DNA of 64,000 nucleotides, from positions 96,001-160,000 of the forward strand of contig CAVQRT010000030.1 of assembly GCA_963715195.1 (NCBI GenBank), given 5' to 3'. A program made the position numbers and the translations under genes. Source of the stretch: Thermodesulfovibrionales bacterium (GTDB lineage Bacteria; Nitrospirota; Thermodesulfovibrionia; Thermodesulfovibrionales; SM23-35). This document shows positions 1 to 12,873 of this stretch, in pieces; the first letter of the stretch is position 1, and the number at the start of each line of letters is the position of its first letter. The notes beneath the pieces were generated by a model that was given only the letters and a program-made list of their open reading frames with translations, did not search any database and was not told the DNA's origin.

Positions 1-895
1 CCTGTCTGATCCACCATGTAGCATACGTACTGAACTTGAAACCTTTTTCATATTTGAATTTGTCAACAGCCTTCATGAGACCGATATTGCCTTCCTGTAT
101 CAGATCCAGGAGGGGCAAACCCCTTCCGACATAATTCTTTGCAATATTGACGACAAGCCTGAGGTTTCGTGTTATCAATTCATTCTTTGCTGTTGTTATA
201 AGTATTTTCGCCTTCAGAATACGGGCCCAGATCGCTTTGATATCATCCACCTTTACTCCGACTTCAGCCTCGACCCTCCGGTAGACTTTCTCAACTTCTT
301 TCGTTAGCATGTCGAGTTTTATTGTATTGATCTTTTTCCTCTTCTTTTCACGAATGGCAGCTCTGAGCAGCTTTAAAGAACCAAATTTCGTAATTCTTTG
401 ATCGGTAGATGATATCTCTTTCATGAATGTTTCAAGAACGTTAACGCTCTTCAGAAGTGCCTCGTCCGGTTTCTCCTCTTCAGGGTTCAGTTCTTCCTCA
501 TCGCCATTCATGCTGGCCTCAAATTTTTTATACAGCGGCAGTGAGGTAACCAGCTCCCGTATGATTGTCTTCCCTTCCTCAAGCCTTTTTGCCAGCTCCG
601 TTTCCTCATCCTTCGTCAAAATGGAGATATCCCCCATTGAATAAAAATATGCCTGTACGAGATCTTCTGTTTTGTCATATTCTTCCAGTTCCTCTTCCAA
701 TTCTTCTTCGGGTTGGACTGCATCTTCATGATCAACAACTTTAACACCCATGTCCTGGAGTATGTCCATAAGATCTTCTATTTCATCAGGCGAGAAAAAT
801 TCGGAAGGCAATGCATCATTGATTTCATCATAGGTGAGGATACCCCTTCGCTTCCCGATATCAATTATTTCTTCAAATATATCTTTTTCTCTCAT
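1..895 (-). CDS. RpoD-type sigma-70 factor, 5' part (runs off window start)
   Basis: Manual translation: [30 protein letters not shown] (region 1.1) ... [55 protein letters not shown] (region 2); AGGAG RBS upstream. Could be rpoD itself or a paralog. Confidence 0.9.
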   Translation of the reverse strand, partial: MREKDIFEEIIDIGKRRGILTYDEINDALPSEFFSPDEIEDLMDILQDMGVKVVDHEDAVQPEEELEEELEEYDKTEDLVQAYFYSMGDISILTKDEETELAKRLEEGKTIIRELVTSLPLYKKFEASMNGDEEELNPEEEKPDEALLKSVNVLETFMKEISSTDQRITKFGSLKLLRAAIREKKRKKINTIKLDMLTKEVEKVYRRVEAEVGVKVDDIKAIWARILKAKILITTAKNELITRNLRLVVNIAKNYVGRGLPLLDLIQEGNIGLMKAVDKFKYEKGFKFSTYATWWIRQ

Positions 896-916
896 TTCAC
901 TCCTTAAGCATACTAA

Positions 917-938
917 GGGGCCTTTTTCAAAAGGCCCC
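917..938 (-). terminator. GC-rich hairpin downstream of 23S (terminator-like, weak U-tract)
   Basis: GGGGCCTTTT-TC-AAAAGGCCCC inverted repeat, followed on the minus strand by only TTAGT. Confidence 0.55.
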
Positions 939-1196
939 AATTCACCTTTGACAACAGGAGGGATAAAATAAGGGTCAAGTCGCACGGTCTATTAGTACTG
1001 GTCAGCTGAATGCATTACTGCACGTACACCTCCAGCCTATCGACGTGGTAGTCTACCACAGACCTTCAGGTGGATTACTCCACGGGAGACCTCATCTTGG
1101 GGCGGGCTTCACGCTTAGATGCCTTCAGCGTTTATCCCATCCAGACATAGCTACCCGGCATTGCCACGGGCATGACAACCGGAACACCAGAGGTCT

Positions 1197-1227
<31 letters not shown>

Positions 1228-1256
1228 AACCCCTCAAGTCTCCTGCGCCTGCAACA

Positions 1257-1293
<37 letters not shown>

Positions 1294-1302
1294 ACTCTCG
1301 TA

Positions 1303-1334
<32 letters not shown>

Positions 1335-1415
1335 AACCTGCTTCAGCTCCAGGATGCGATGAGTCGACATCGAGGTGCCAAACCGGGTCGTCGATGTGAA
1401 CTCTTGGACCCGATA

Positions 1416-1466
<51 letters not shown>

Positions 1467-1785
1467 TCAGTGCCACCGGATCACTAAGCCCTACTTTCGT
1501 ATCTGCTCGGCCCGTCAGCCTCACAGTTAAGCCTCCTTATGCCTTTGCACTCGACAGCTGGTTTCCGTCCAGCCTGAGGAGACCTTTGGACGCCTCCGTT
1601 ACTCTTTGGGAGGCGACCGCCCCAGTCAAACTACCCACCAGACAGTGTTCCTTCCCCCGATCAGGGGGACAGGTTAGAGCCCCAGTAAGGTAAGGGTGGT
1701 ATTTCAACGTTGGCTCCATGGAAACTAACGTCCCCACTTCACCGCCTCCCACCTATCCTACACATACATCACCAAAGCTCACTGC

Positions 1786-1823
<38 letters not shown>

Positions 1824-1906
1824 TTGCAGGTAACCGGCGTCTTCACCGGTATCTCAAGTTCGCCGAGCCCCTCGCCGAGACAGCGCTCAGATCGTTACGC
1901 CATTCA

Positions 1907-1977
<71 letters not shown>

Positions 1978-2668
1978 AGGGCTTCAGTTCAAGGCTTCTC
2001 CCCTTGCGAAGATGACCTCTCCCATTAACCTTCCGGCACCGGGCAGGCGTCAGTGCCTATACCTCCTCTTGCGAGTTCGCAGACACCTGTGTTTTTGCTA
2101 AACAGTCGCCTGAGCCTCTTTACTGCGTCCACCTTACGGTGGAACCCCTTCTCCCGAAGTTACGGGGTCACTTTGCCGAGTTCCTTAGCGAGGGTTCTCT
2201 CGAACGCCTTGGTATCTTCTACCCACCTACCAGTGTCGGTTTGCGGTACGGTCATCCCATGTGCTCCCTACGAGGGTTTTCTCGTCAGTGTGAAATCACC
2301 CGGGTTCAGCCTTACGGCCTTCCCCATCACGCCCCGGCTTTTACGGTGGCCGGATTTGCCTGACCACCAGCCTCAACGCTTGGACCTGAACCATCACCAG
2401 GCCCGGACTATCCTCCTGCGTCACCCCTTCAGTCAAACGCACACAAGACGGTACTGGAATATTAACCAGTTGTCCATCAGCTACGCCTCTCGGCCTCGCC
2501 TTAGGTCCGACTAACCCTGGGCGGATGTCCCTTCCCCAGGAAACCTTAGGTTTACGGCGTCCTGACTTTTCATCAGAATTTGCGCTACTTATGCCGGCAT
2601 AATCTCTTCTGCCACCTCCAGCATGCCTCACGGCACGCCTTCACAGGCCTACAGAATGCTCCCCTACC

Positions 2669-2831
2669 ACTCCAATGCTCCGCATCGGAAATTCCAATGA
2701 AACAAATTAAATTCCAAATACATTTCACTCCTCAATGAATGAATATCCAAAGAGGTTTGTATTTCGATTACCTGAATTTGGTTAGGATTGGATGCTTGGT
2801 TATTGGAATTTCCAGTGCGAAGCACTGAAGT
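2669..2831 (-). other. 23S intervening sequence in helix 45
   Basis: ~160-nt hairpin between conserved CTCCCCTACC and CGTAGCTTCGGTG; arms TGCTCCGCATCGGAAATTCCAAT / ATTGGAATTTCCAGTGCGAAGCA. Confidence 0.88.
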
Positions 2832-3446
2832 CCGTAGCTTCGGTGATATGCTTGAGCCCCGTTACATTTTCGGCGCAGTGTCGCTTGACCAGTGAGCTGT
2901 TACGCTTTCTTTCAATGATGGCTGCTTCTAAGCCAACATCCTGGCTGTCTGCGCAACACCACATCCTTTACCACTGAGCATACCCTTAGGGACCTTAGCT
3001 GACGGTCTGGGCTGTTTCCCTCTCGACTACGAATCTTAGCACCCGCAGTCTCACTCCCAGTGACCATCTCCATGGTATTCGCGGTTTGGTTGGGTTTGGT
3101 ACCCCTTATGAGGCCCTAGCCCATCCAGTGCCCTACCCCCATAAGACTGCACTGAGGCTGTACCTAAATACATTTCGGGGAGAACCAGCTATCACCAGGT
3201 TTGATTGGCCTTTCACCCCTACCCACAGCTCATCCGAGCTTTTTGCAACAAACATCGGTTCGGGCCTCCACGAAGTCTTACCTTCGCTTCACCCTGTCCA
3301 TGGGTAGATCACCTGGCTTCGGGTCTACTAACTGTAACTCATTCGCCCTGTTAAGACTCGGTTTCCCTACGGCTCCTCCCGTCAACGGGATTAACCTCGC
3401 TACAGCCAGTAACTCGCCGGCTCATTAATCAAAAGGCACACCATCA

Positions 3447-3602
3447 CCATGCATAGCATGGAAATCCCAATTTCCAAATTCCAAGGTACAAATACATTCC
3501 CTTTATCCAAGAAAACAGTCTCCCTTCGATCATTGAATTCCGATCATTGGTCTTTATTTGTTTCTTGGTGATTGGTCATTGGAGCTTCCGTGCTATGCAC
3601 GG
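3447..3602 (-). other. 23S intervening sequence in helix 25
   Basis: ~155-nt hairpin between AAAAGGCACACCATCA and CTCTGATTGCTTGTAGGC; arms TGCATAGCATGGAA / TTCCGTGCTATGCA. Confidence 0.88.
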
Positions 3603-3654
3603 CTCTGATTGCTTGTAGGCATACGGTTTCAGGTTCTATTTCACTCCCTTCACC

Positions 3655-3685
<31 letters not shown>

Positions 3686-3888
3686 CGTCCACTATCGGTC
3701 ATCAGGGAGTCTTTAGCCTTGGAGGGTGGTCCCCCCAGCTTCCCACAGGGTTCCACGTGCCCCGTGGTACTCAGGATACCGCTTCGGTGTCTGTATCGTT
3801 TCGCCTACGGGCCTGTCACCCCCTCCGGATGTCCTTTCCAGAACATTCAGCTACCATACAGTATTCCTACTTGTGCGGTCCTACAACC

Positions 3889-4014
3889 CCCAACCTAACA
3901 CACAGAGTTTAAACGTTTGATGGTCTAACGGTTTAAAGGTTCAAAAACCTCAATGTCTTCCAACCTTTACCCTATCTACCCCTTTAACCCTTAAACTGTC
4001 TGTGTTAGGCTGGG
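3889..4014 (-). other. 23S domain I insertion or expanded helix (near E. coli position ~270)
   Basis: ~125-nt hairpin CCTAACACACAGAGTTTAA / TTAAACTGTCTGTGTTAGG between CTACAACCCC and GGTTTGGGCT. Confidence 0.75.
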
Positions 4015-4368
4015 TTTGGGCTCTTCCCCCTTCGCTCGCCGCTACTGAGGGAATCTCGCTTGATTTCTCTTCCTCCAGGTACTGAGATGTTTCACTTCCC
4101 CGGGTTCGCTTCGTATGCCTATGTGTTCAGCATACGATATGCCGATTTTAATCGGCATGGGTTGCCCCATTCGGACTCCCACGGATCAACGCTCGCTCGC
4201 AGCTCCCCGTGGATTTTCGTAGCCTGCCACGTCCTTCGTCGCCTCCTGATGCCTTGGCATCCACCATATGCCCTTCCTAACTTGACCCTTACTCTTCCCT
4301 TCTGTTGTCAAAGAACAAACAAACTACAATATAAAACTAAAAAAGTAGGCCCCGCATTCATCATTTTT

Positions 4369-5911
<1,543 letters not shown>

Positions 5912-6131
5912 ACTCTTGACTGGGGCCTACTTTTTAGTTTTCAAAGAACACTCTGAAATTCTTCCGGTCACATATATCGTGTTGATGGATGTGAGTCGAT
6001 TGGGATTTCAGAGAAAAATAAAGGCCATACCAAGTAGTATAGCCTTTATATCTAAGATCTACTCGGTTTCTCTACAGTGTTATGAAACCTCTAAATATCA
6101 TCCATGAACCTTTTTTATATCTCATGATTAT

Positions 6132-6159
6132 AGAATATCATTTTTTTGTTGAGAGTCAA
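6132..6159 (-). promoter_or_regulatory. Putative rRNA operon sigma70 promoter
   Basis: TTGACT-16 bp-TATTCT with a TG extended -10 and AT-rich upstream sequence. Confidence 0.55.
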
Positions 6160-6272
6160 ATAGAAAATAATGGTTATTTTAGCAAGAGTAATACCAAATT
6201 ATAATCATAATTTGACAAAATTGCAATATATCTCTCATTTTTGCACATTATTTTCTATTACGGTCTAAATGT

Positions 6273-6896
6273 TCAGATTTCTGATACGAAGAAATTTTCA
6301 GTTCTTTCACGCCCGATAGTCGTCTCAGGTCCATGTCCCGGCAGTACTCTGATTCGATCAGGAAGCGACATAAGCCGCTGAAAAGACACTTTCAGTTTCA
6401 GGACATCCCCGCCCGGGAGGTCCGTCCTGCCAACAGAACCTGCAAACAGTGTATCCCCCGTAATGACAACCCCTTCTCCATACATGCAGATCCCGCCCGG
6501 ACTGTGCCCCGGGGTGTGGAGAATCTCAAAATGTAAATTGCCGATATTGATCGTGTCGCCGTCTGAAACAAAAATGTCCGGTTGGGGCAAGGGATCAATT
6601 TCAAACCCCCACATCGCAGCATGCTCCTGCGAGCTTTCATAGATCGGGAGATCAGCTTTATGAAGAACAATCTTTGCTCCGGTCTCTTTTTTCAGTTCGG
6701 GGACCGCTCCGACGTGGTCAAAATGAGCATGCGTACAGACAAGGTATTTTACCTTGAGCTTGCTTTCAGTGATAAAGTCCATAATTCTGTCAGGTTCATC
6801 ACCGGGATCGGTAATAAAACATTCTTTCGATATTTCCTCGATGACGAGAAAACAATTGTTTTCGAGCGATCCGACAACAAACTTTTTTACTATCAT
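6273..6896 (-). CDS. MBL-fold metallo-hydrolase (glyoxalase II-like)
   Basis: THAHFDH, HTPGHSPG, GDTLF and PGHG motifs; GGAGG RBS before MIVKK. Confidence 0.9.
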   Translation of the reverse strand: MIVKKFVVGSLENNCFLVIEEISKECFITDPGDEPDRIMDFITESKLKVKYLVCTHAHFDHVGAVPELKKETGAKIVLHKADLPIYESSQEHAAMWGFEIDPLPQPDIFVSDGDTINIGNLHFEILHTPGHSPGGICMYGEGVVITGDTLFAGSVGRTDLPGGDVLKLKVSFQRLMSLPDRIRVLPGHGPETTIGRERTENFFVSEI

Positions 6897-6920
6897 ATTT
6901 TTTCCTCCATTCATGTATTT

Positions 6921-8486
6921 TTATTTTCTGAATTTCTTTCTGATCATGATGGCCACGGAATGCAGTTCTTCACTTTTCAGGAGAAAGACAACAGCGAGAT
7001 AAAGCCCGACACATACAACGATCGTTCCACTGAGGTACAAAACCTTTTGAAGGGTATTCCCTTGATTCTCCCAGAACGTTCCATGAAGGAGAACCCATGC
7101 TGATAGCCCCATGATAGCTGATGCAAGAATGCTCTTGAGAAAGGAGGAAAGAATTCTCCGTCCGTCAATGGTTACAAGGCGTTTCCTGAGAAACAGTAAG
7201 AGAACCGTAAAATTCAGACCCGAAGCAAGGGTATTGGCAAGGGCAAGGCCGCTGTGCTTCAGTGGCTGCATAAGGATAATGCTGAAGATGATGTTCGCTG
7301 TGACTGCTATTGCCGCGATCTTTACGGGTGTTTTTGTATCCTGCATCGAGTAGAAACCTGCTGTTGCAATCCGGACACCGACCATTGACCAGATACCAAG
7401 GGAATAAAAGAAAAGGGCATGCGCCGTCTCGACGGTGGCAGCATAATCGAACTGTCCCCTCTGGAAAAGAAGGTGAACGATGGGCTCCCGCAAAGCGATT
7501 AAGCCAGCCATCGCAGGAACAGTAATAAAAAATAATATTCTGAGCGCGTAGGAAAAATCCTCACGGAGTTTGTCGTAGTCTCCCCGCACTGCGTGTTCAG
7601 ATAATGCTGGAAGCACAGCCATCCCCATGGCAACTCCGAATATGCCGACAGGAAATTGAATGAGGCGCATGGAATAGTAGAGATAGGTAATACTGCCTTC
7701 AGGCAGATAAGAAGCAAGGATGGTGCTGACAAAGATATTAATTTGGGCAACAGCCATCCCCATCGTTGCAGGAATCATGAGGACCGCCATCCTCCTGAGC
7801 CCTCTGTGTTTGAAATCAAAATCCGGACGAAGGGAATATCCGGACTGAAAAAAAGACGGAAGTTGAAAAGCAAACTGGATGAGACCACCCAGGGCAACTC
7901 CCCATGCAACTGCAAAGATTGGTTGTTCGATTCTTGCCGCAAAAATGAGCACACAAAGAATGATCGTGATATTGAGTGTCGCAGGGGCAAGAGCCGGAAT
8001 AAAAAAAATACGTCTGGTGTTCAATGCCCCCATAACAAGAGCTGCGAGACTGATAAACAGGAGAAAAGGAAACATGATTCTTGTGAGCGATACGGTAAGG
8101 AAAAATTTCTGGGGCATGCCCGCAAAACCGGGGGCAATTACCGTCACAATTCCGGGGGCAAAAACAATCCCGGCACAACAGATAAGTCCTACGCTCAGCA
8201 GGATAAACGAAAATGTGATTCTGAGAAGTTTCTTCGCCTCTTCCCGGCCGTGCTTCGTCTGATATTCCGTCAGAACCGGTATACATGCGGCCGACATGGC
8301 ACCTTCAGCAAAAAGCTCCCGCAACAGGTTCGGTATTCGGAACGCAACAAAAAAGGTATCCGCAATTCCTGTTGCACCGAAATACCGGGCGAGTATCATG
8401 TCCTTCACATAGCCGAGAATCCGGCTGATGAATGTTGCGATGGATATCAGACCGGCGGCTTGTGCTATTCTTTTTTGTTCGTCCAA
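6921..8486 (-). CDS. murJ: Lipid II flippase MurJ (MviN)
   Basis: SRILGYVKD...AFRIPNLLRELFAEGA motif; many TM segments. Confidence 0.95.
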   Translation of the reverse strand: MDEQKRIAQAAGLISIATFISRILGYVKDMILARYFGATGIADTFFVAFRIPNLLRELFAEGAMSAACIPVLTEYQTKHGREEAKKLLRITFSFILLSVGLICCAGIVFAPGIVTVIAPGFAGMPQKFFLTVSLTRIMFPFLLFISLAALVMGALNTRRIFFIPALAPATLNITIILCVLIFAARIEQPIFAVAWGVALGGLIQFAFQLPSFFQSGYSLRPDFDFKHRGLRRMAVLMIPATMGMAVAQINIFVSTILASYLPEGSITYLYYSMRLIQFPVGIFGVAMGMAVLPALSEHAVRGDYDKLREDFSYALRILFFITVPAMAGLIALREPIVHLLFQRGQFDYAATVETAHALFFYSLGIWSMVGVRIATAGFYSMQDTKTPVKIAAIAVTANIIFSIILMQPLKHSGLALANTLASGLNFTVLLLFLRKRLVTIDGRRILSSFLKSILASAIMGLSAWVLLHGTFWENQGNTLQKVLYLSGTIVVCVGLYLAVVFLLKSEELHSVAIMIRKKFRK

Positions 8487-8570
8487 TGCCGTCCCCTTTA
8501 TGTTTCGAGGATTATAGCAAATAAGGGAGACGCGTTTGCAAAATATTCAGCCCGCCTTATAATATCCAGC

Positions 8571-9359
8571 ATGGGAATTCTTCAGACAATTGTCTCAAAG
8601 AAAAAACAGGGACTGAGAGATATCAAGGCAACCGTTCCTCTGAGAGAACTCAAAGCAAAGATTACCGATACTAAAAATACAAGGGATTTCCGGGCAGCTG
8701 TAAAACGTCCCTCAGATGGAACCATAAAGCTCATCGCCGAGATCAAGCATGCTTCACCGTCTCAAGGAATCATCAGAAAAGATTTCAACCATCTCACAAT
8801 AGCAACCATATACGAAGAAAAGAATGTTCATACCATTTCCGTCCTTACCGAAGAGAATTTCTTCATGGGGAATCTGGCCTTTCTTCCCGAAGTGAAGAAA
8901 GTTACCTCAAAGCCTGTCTTGAGAAAGGATTTTATTTTTGATGCCTATCAGATTTATGAATCAAGGGCCTATGAAGCAGATGCGATCCTCCTGATCGCTG
9001 CGATACTGGAGAAGAATCAGGCATTTGAATACCTGCACCTTGCCCGGGAACTCGGCCTGTCTGTTCTGTTTGAGGTTCATGACCATCAAGAACTTGAAAC
9101 GGCGCTGCTCATCAACAGTAATATTATCGGAATTAATAACAGGAACCTGCAAACCCTTCAGATAGACTTGAATACAACCTTTGCCCTCAGGAATGAAATC
9201 CCGACAGATAGAATCGTTGTCAGTGAAAGCGGGATACAAAGCAGAAGCGATGTCCGGAAACTCCAGGAGACCGGGGTTGACGCCATGCTCATTGGGACCT
9301 CTTTCATGCAGGCTGAAGATATCGGCAAGAAAATCGACGAATTCATGAGCCCAATGTGA
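8571..9359 (+). CDS. trpC: Indole-3-glycerol-phosphate synthase
   Basis: IAEIKHASPS, LRKDF, GINNRNL and VSESGI motifs; true start MGILQ (the upstream extension is the murJ antisense shadow). Confidence 0.95.
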   Translation: MGILQTIVSKKKQGLRDIKATVPLRELKAKITDTKNTRDFRAAVKRPSDGTIKLIAEIKHASPSQGIIRKDFNHLTIATIYEEKNVHTISVLTEENFFMGNLAFLPEVKKVTSKPVLRKDFIFDAYQIYESRAYEADAILLIAAILEKNQAFEYLHLARELGLSVLFEVHDHQELETALLINSNIIGINNRNLQTLQIDLNTTFALRNEIPTDRIVVSESGIQSRSDVRKLQETGVDAMLIGTSFMQAEDIGKKIDEFMSPM

Positions 9360-9371
9360 TACAATGACGTA

Positions 9372-10001
9372 ATGCAGGTCAGGGTGAAAATATGCGGGAT
9401 AACAAATCTCGATGATGCCCTGGCAGCTGTTGATTCCGGTGCAGATGCCATCGGTTTTGTATTCTTTCAGGGAAGCCCCCGATATGTACCACATGATTAT
9501 GCAGCATCAATAATCAGAAAACTCCCGCCAGTCATAACCACAATCGGGGTATTCGTCAATGAGAAGCCTGAACAGATAGAGAAAATAGTTTTACGGACCG
9601 CTATTGATGCGATTCAGCTCCATGGGGATGAACCACCTCATGTATATCCCTTATCAAGACGGGTCATAAAAGCAATCCGGGTTAAGAATCTTGAGAGCCT
9701 TGATCCTCTCATTGATTATCAGGGTGAGGTGTCCGCATTTCTCCTTGATACCTATGCGCCTGATGTTTTCGGGGGAACAGGACGGATATTTAACTGGAAC
9801 ATTGCTTTGGAGGCAAAACAATTCGGAAAAATTATTCTTGCAGGGGGATTAACGCCCGATAACGTTGCTGAGGCTGTCAAGCAAGTAATGCCTTACGGGG
9901 TTGACGTAAGCAGCGGAGTCGAATTAGAAAAGGGCAGGAAAGACCAGAAGAAGATGAAGGTATTTATAGAGAGAGCCAAAGCAGTGCAGACTGCTTCGTA
10001 A
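9372..10001 (+). CDS. trpF: Phosphoribosylanthranilate isomerase
   Basis: VKICGIT, QLHGDE, GGTG, LAGGL and DVSSGVE motifs. Confidence 0.95.
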   Translation: MQVRVKICGITNLDDALAAVDSGADAIGFVFFQGSPRYVPHDYAASIIRKLPPVITTIGVFVNEKPEQIEKIVLRTAIDAIQLHGDEPPHVYPLSRRVIKAIRVKNLESLDPLIDYQGEVSAFLLDTYAPDVFGGTGRIFNWNIALEAKQFGKIILAGGLTPDNVAEAVKQVMPYGVDVSSGVELEKGRKDQKKMKVFIERAKAVQTAS

Positions 10002-10016
10002 TGATGACACACTTGG

Positions 10017-10442
10017 TCAATCCGTCGCTGTAATCGCAGATTTCCCCCGCCGCTGAGTCTTTTTTCGCGGTAATCTGTCCCCCTCTGAACTCACTCGAAC
10101 GACGGTTTTGACATTGCCCCTCGGATTGAAATCCCCGATCACTTCGAGAAATCTCGGCTTCAAGGTTCTCTTCAGCCCCGAGTAGATCCTGTTTGTTACT
10201 TCCTCGTGAGATATATACACTCCCCGGAATGAATTTAAATAGAGTTTCACGGATTTTAACTCCACAATATGTTTGCCCGGCACATAAACAATGTCGATCG
10301 TTGCGAAATCGGGATATCCTGAGCGCGGGCACAGGCAGGTAAACTCCGGGAAACTGATATGGATTTCATAATTACGTTCTCTACTCGGATTTTCCCATAC
10401 TTCAAGCACTGCTTTTTCTATCGCTTTCTCTCCGTATTTCAT
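10017..10442 (-). CDS. queF: PreQ0 reductase QueF (unimodular type)
   Basis: [27 protein letters not shown] and FNPRGN motifs. Confidence 0.92.
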   Translation of the reverse strand: MKYGEKAIEKAVLEVWENPSRERNYEIHISFPEFTCLCPRSGYPDFATIDIVYVPGKHIVELKSVKLYLNSFRGVYISHEEVTNRIYSGLKRTLKPRFLEVIGDFNPRGNVKTVVRVSSEGDRLPRKKTQRRGKSAITATD

Positions 10443-10505
10443 GTGGGAAATGTAACATCTGCTCATCCTGATTGTAAAGCCTCGCATCAGATTATCGCGT
10501 CGGAC

Positions 10506-10535
10506 TTGACTTATTTTTTTTAAAAAAACTATACT
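10506..10535 (+). promoter_or_regulatory. Putative rpmH promoter
   Basis: TTGACT-18 bp-TATACT, 14 nt before the ATG. Confidence 0.5.
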
Positions 10536-10549
10536 TAGTGTTCAGAACT

Positions 10550-10690
10550 ATGGGAACGTATACTACATATAGACCGCACAACAAAAAACGGAAAAAAACT
10601 CACGGCTTTCGGGAGCGAATGAGCTCTTCAGGCGGGCGTAAGATCATCAATAAAAGAAGAGCCAAGGGGCGTAACAGACTTACCGTTTAA
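10550..10690 (+). CDS. rpmH: 50S ribosomal protein L34 (not in ORF track)
   Basis: [46 protein letters not shown]; lies directly before rnpA. Confidence 0.97.
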   Translation: MGTYTTYRPHNKKRKKTHGFRERMSSSGGRKIINKRRAKGRNRLTV

Positions 10691-11049
10691 TGCCTAATGA
10701 TTCTTTGCGCTCCCTGGCGAAGAGACGGGATTTTGAGCTGGTTTTCAAGGAAGGATTGAGTGCTGCTGCAAAGTATCTCGTCGTATACGCAAGGCCCAAC
10801 GAATTGAGCTGGAACCGTCTGGGCCTCTCTGTAAGCAAAAAAATCGGCAATGCTGTTATCAGGAACAGGGTAAAACGTCTTCTGAGGGAAGCAGTAAGGG
10901 AAGTGCTTGAAGGCGCTTCACATCATTATGATTTTGTCATCGTTGCAAAAAAAACAGCTGCTGAAGCCGGACTGGAAAATTTTATCAGGGAGATCGAAAA
11001 ATTCTTGCCAAAAATATCCCATGAGAAATCTTCTGATAGCATTCATTAA
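10690..11049 (+). CDS. rnpA: Ribonuclease P protein component
   Basis: [25 protein letters not shown] motif. Confidence 0.96.
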   Translation: MPNDSLRSLAKRRDFELVFKEGLSAAAKYLVVYARPNELSWNRLGLSVSKKIGNAVIRNRVKRLLREAVREVLEGASHHYDFVIVAKKTAAEAGLENFIREIEKFLPKISHEKSSDSIH

Positions 11050-11230
11050 ATTATACAGATATATTGTTTCGCCTCTCCTGCCGACAAGTTGCAGGTTTAT
11101 CCCGTCCTGCTCGGCATACGCTATCGATGCAATTACGAAATACGGCTGTTTCAAAGGATCTTATCTCGCCATGAAGAGGATTCTCCGGTGTCATCCCTTC
11201 CATCAGGGCGGATATGACCCGGTGAAATAA
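11021..11230 (+). CDS. yidD: Membrane protein insertion efficiency factor YidD
   Basis: [10 protein letters not shown] and [16 protein letters not shown] motifs; synteny. Confidence 0.95.
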   Translation: MRNLLIAFIKLYRYIVSPLLPTSCRFIPSCSAYAIDAITKYGCFKGSYLAMKRILRCHPFHQGGYDPVK

Positions 11231-11233
11231 TTT

Positions 11234-12835
11234 ATGGAAAAGAGAACAATCATTGCATTAGGACTCTCCTTCGTAATCCTTTTGATATATCAGTTCCTGT
11301 TTGTCAAGCCTGACCCCCGAAAAGTTTCTCAACAGCCAGAGGCGGTTCAACAAGAACACCCGGTATCACCGTTGCCTGAAGCAACCCCTGCTTCGCAACC
11401 GTCAGAAGTCGCGGCCCGGGAAATGCCTTCTGAGGAAACCTTGATCAGGGTTGAAAACGACTTATATGCAGCGGTATTTTCGTCACGAGGTGCTACATTA
11501 CACTCCTACGAGCTGAAAAAATATCACGATAACAACGGAAAGAATGTTGTCCTGCTCAAAAGTCCGGGCACCATCGCTCCTCTGGCAATCGGGTCAAAAG
11601 AAGACCTTGAACTTGCAGAGATGCAGTTTCTAACCATGGGACAGGATATAAAACTCGATTCCGCAAACCCATCCGGCACCCTTGTCTTTGTTTATGCGGA
11701 TTCAGGGGTCTCTGTTAAACGTACATATACATTTTCCAATAATACATACGAAGTAGGAGTCAAAGACGAAGTGTCAGGGCTTCCCGATTACTTGATTACC
11801 TTAGGATCTGATTTTGGTCTTTATGACAGGAAAAACACCTGGTCTCATGTAGGGCCCGTGCTCCTCAAGGATACAGACAGAATCGAATTTAGTCCAACGC
11901 AGCTGAATGAAACAAAAAGCTATACGCAGGGACTCAAATGGATAGCACAGGAAGACAAGTATTTCTTTGCCGCTCTCGTACCCACAACTCCCATGGAAGA
12001 GGCAAAAATATGGGAACAAAAGGATTCAGTGATCGCTGCTTTCAAAGGAAAACCGGGGACCCACAGCTTCATCCTTTACGCCGGACCAAAACAATATGAT
12101 GCGCTCAAGGCGCTCAACGTAGGTCTCGAGCATATTGTCGATTTCGGTTTCTTTTCGATTATTGCATTGCCCCTCTTCTGGGTTCTCAAATTCTTCTATC
12201 AGTTAATTGGCAACTATGGTTGGGCAATCGTACTCTTGACGATCCTTGTGAGAATACCTTTCATCCCACTTGTAAATAAGAGTCAAAAATCCATGAAGAA
12301 GATGCAGGACATCCAGCCCAGGATGGCGGAGGTTCGAGAAAAATATAAAAAGGACCCGCAAAAAATGCAGCAGGAGATGATGCAGCTCTATAAAACACAC
12401 AAGGTGAATCCCCTCGGCGGTTGCCTGCCGATGCTCCTCCAAATTCCTGTTTTCTTCGCGCTCTACAAAATATTGCTCATCACAATCGAACTGCGTCAGG
12501 CTCCTTTTATGCTCTGGATACAGGACCTCTCCGCCCCTGATACACTTTTCGGCCATCTTCCCGCTTATATTCCGCTTATCGGCGGTTTTGCTGTCGGTCC
12601 CCTTCCCATTCTAATGGGCGCCACCATGCTCATTCAGCAGAAGATGACACCAACGTCGCTTGATCCAACGCAAAACAAAATAATGATGCTCATGCCCATC
12701 GTCTTCACATTCCTTTTCCTGAATTTTGCCTCCGGGCTTGTGCTCTACTGGCTCATGAACAACATCTTCAGCATCGCTCAGCAATTTTATGTAAACCAGA
12801 AGCTTGCACGAGAAAAAGCAGCGGGTAAAGCGTAA
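11234..12835 (+). CDS. yidC: Membrane insertase YidC
   Basis: GNYGWAIVLLT, NPLGGCLPMLLQIPVF and GLVLYW motifs. Confidence 0.97.
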   Translation: MEKRTIIALGLSFVILLIYQFLFVKPDPRKVSQQPEAVQQEHPVSPLPEATPASQPSEVAAREMPSEETLIRVENDLYAAVFSSRGATLHSYELKKYHDNNGKNVVLLKSPGTIAPLAIGSKEDLELAEMQFLTMGQDIKLDSANPSGTLVFVYADSGVSVKRTYTFSNNTYEVGVKDEVSGLPDYLITLGSDFGLYDRKNTWSHVGPVLLKDTDRIEFSPTQLNETKSYTQGLKWIAQEDKYFFAALVPTTPMEEAKIWEQKDSVIAAFKGKPGTHSFILYAGPKQYDALKALNVGLEHIVDFGFFSIIALPLFWVLKFFYQLIGNYGWAIVLLTILVRIPFIPLVNKSQKSMKKMQDIQPRMAEVREKYKKDPQKMQQEMMQLYKTHKVNPLGGCLPMLLQIPVFFALYKILLITIELRQAPFMLWIQDLSAPDTLFGHLPAYIPLIGGFAVGPLPILMGATMLIQQKMTPTSLDPTQNKIMMLMPIVFTFLFLNFASGLVLYWLMNNIFSIAQQFYVNQKLAREKAAGKA

Positions 12836-12873
12836 CCTGTTGCTATAAAAACAGTCTGCTTCCCACGAATTTA

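Noticed and set aside
7656..8570. Long N-terminal extension of TrpC (567-aa ORF)
   Set aside because: Antisense shadow of murJ; TrpC homology begins at 8571
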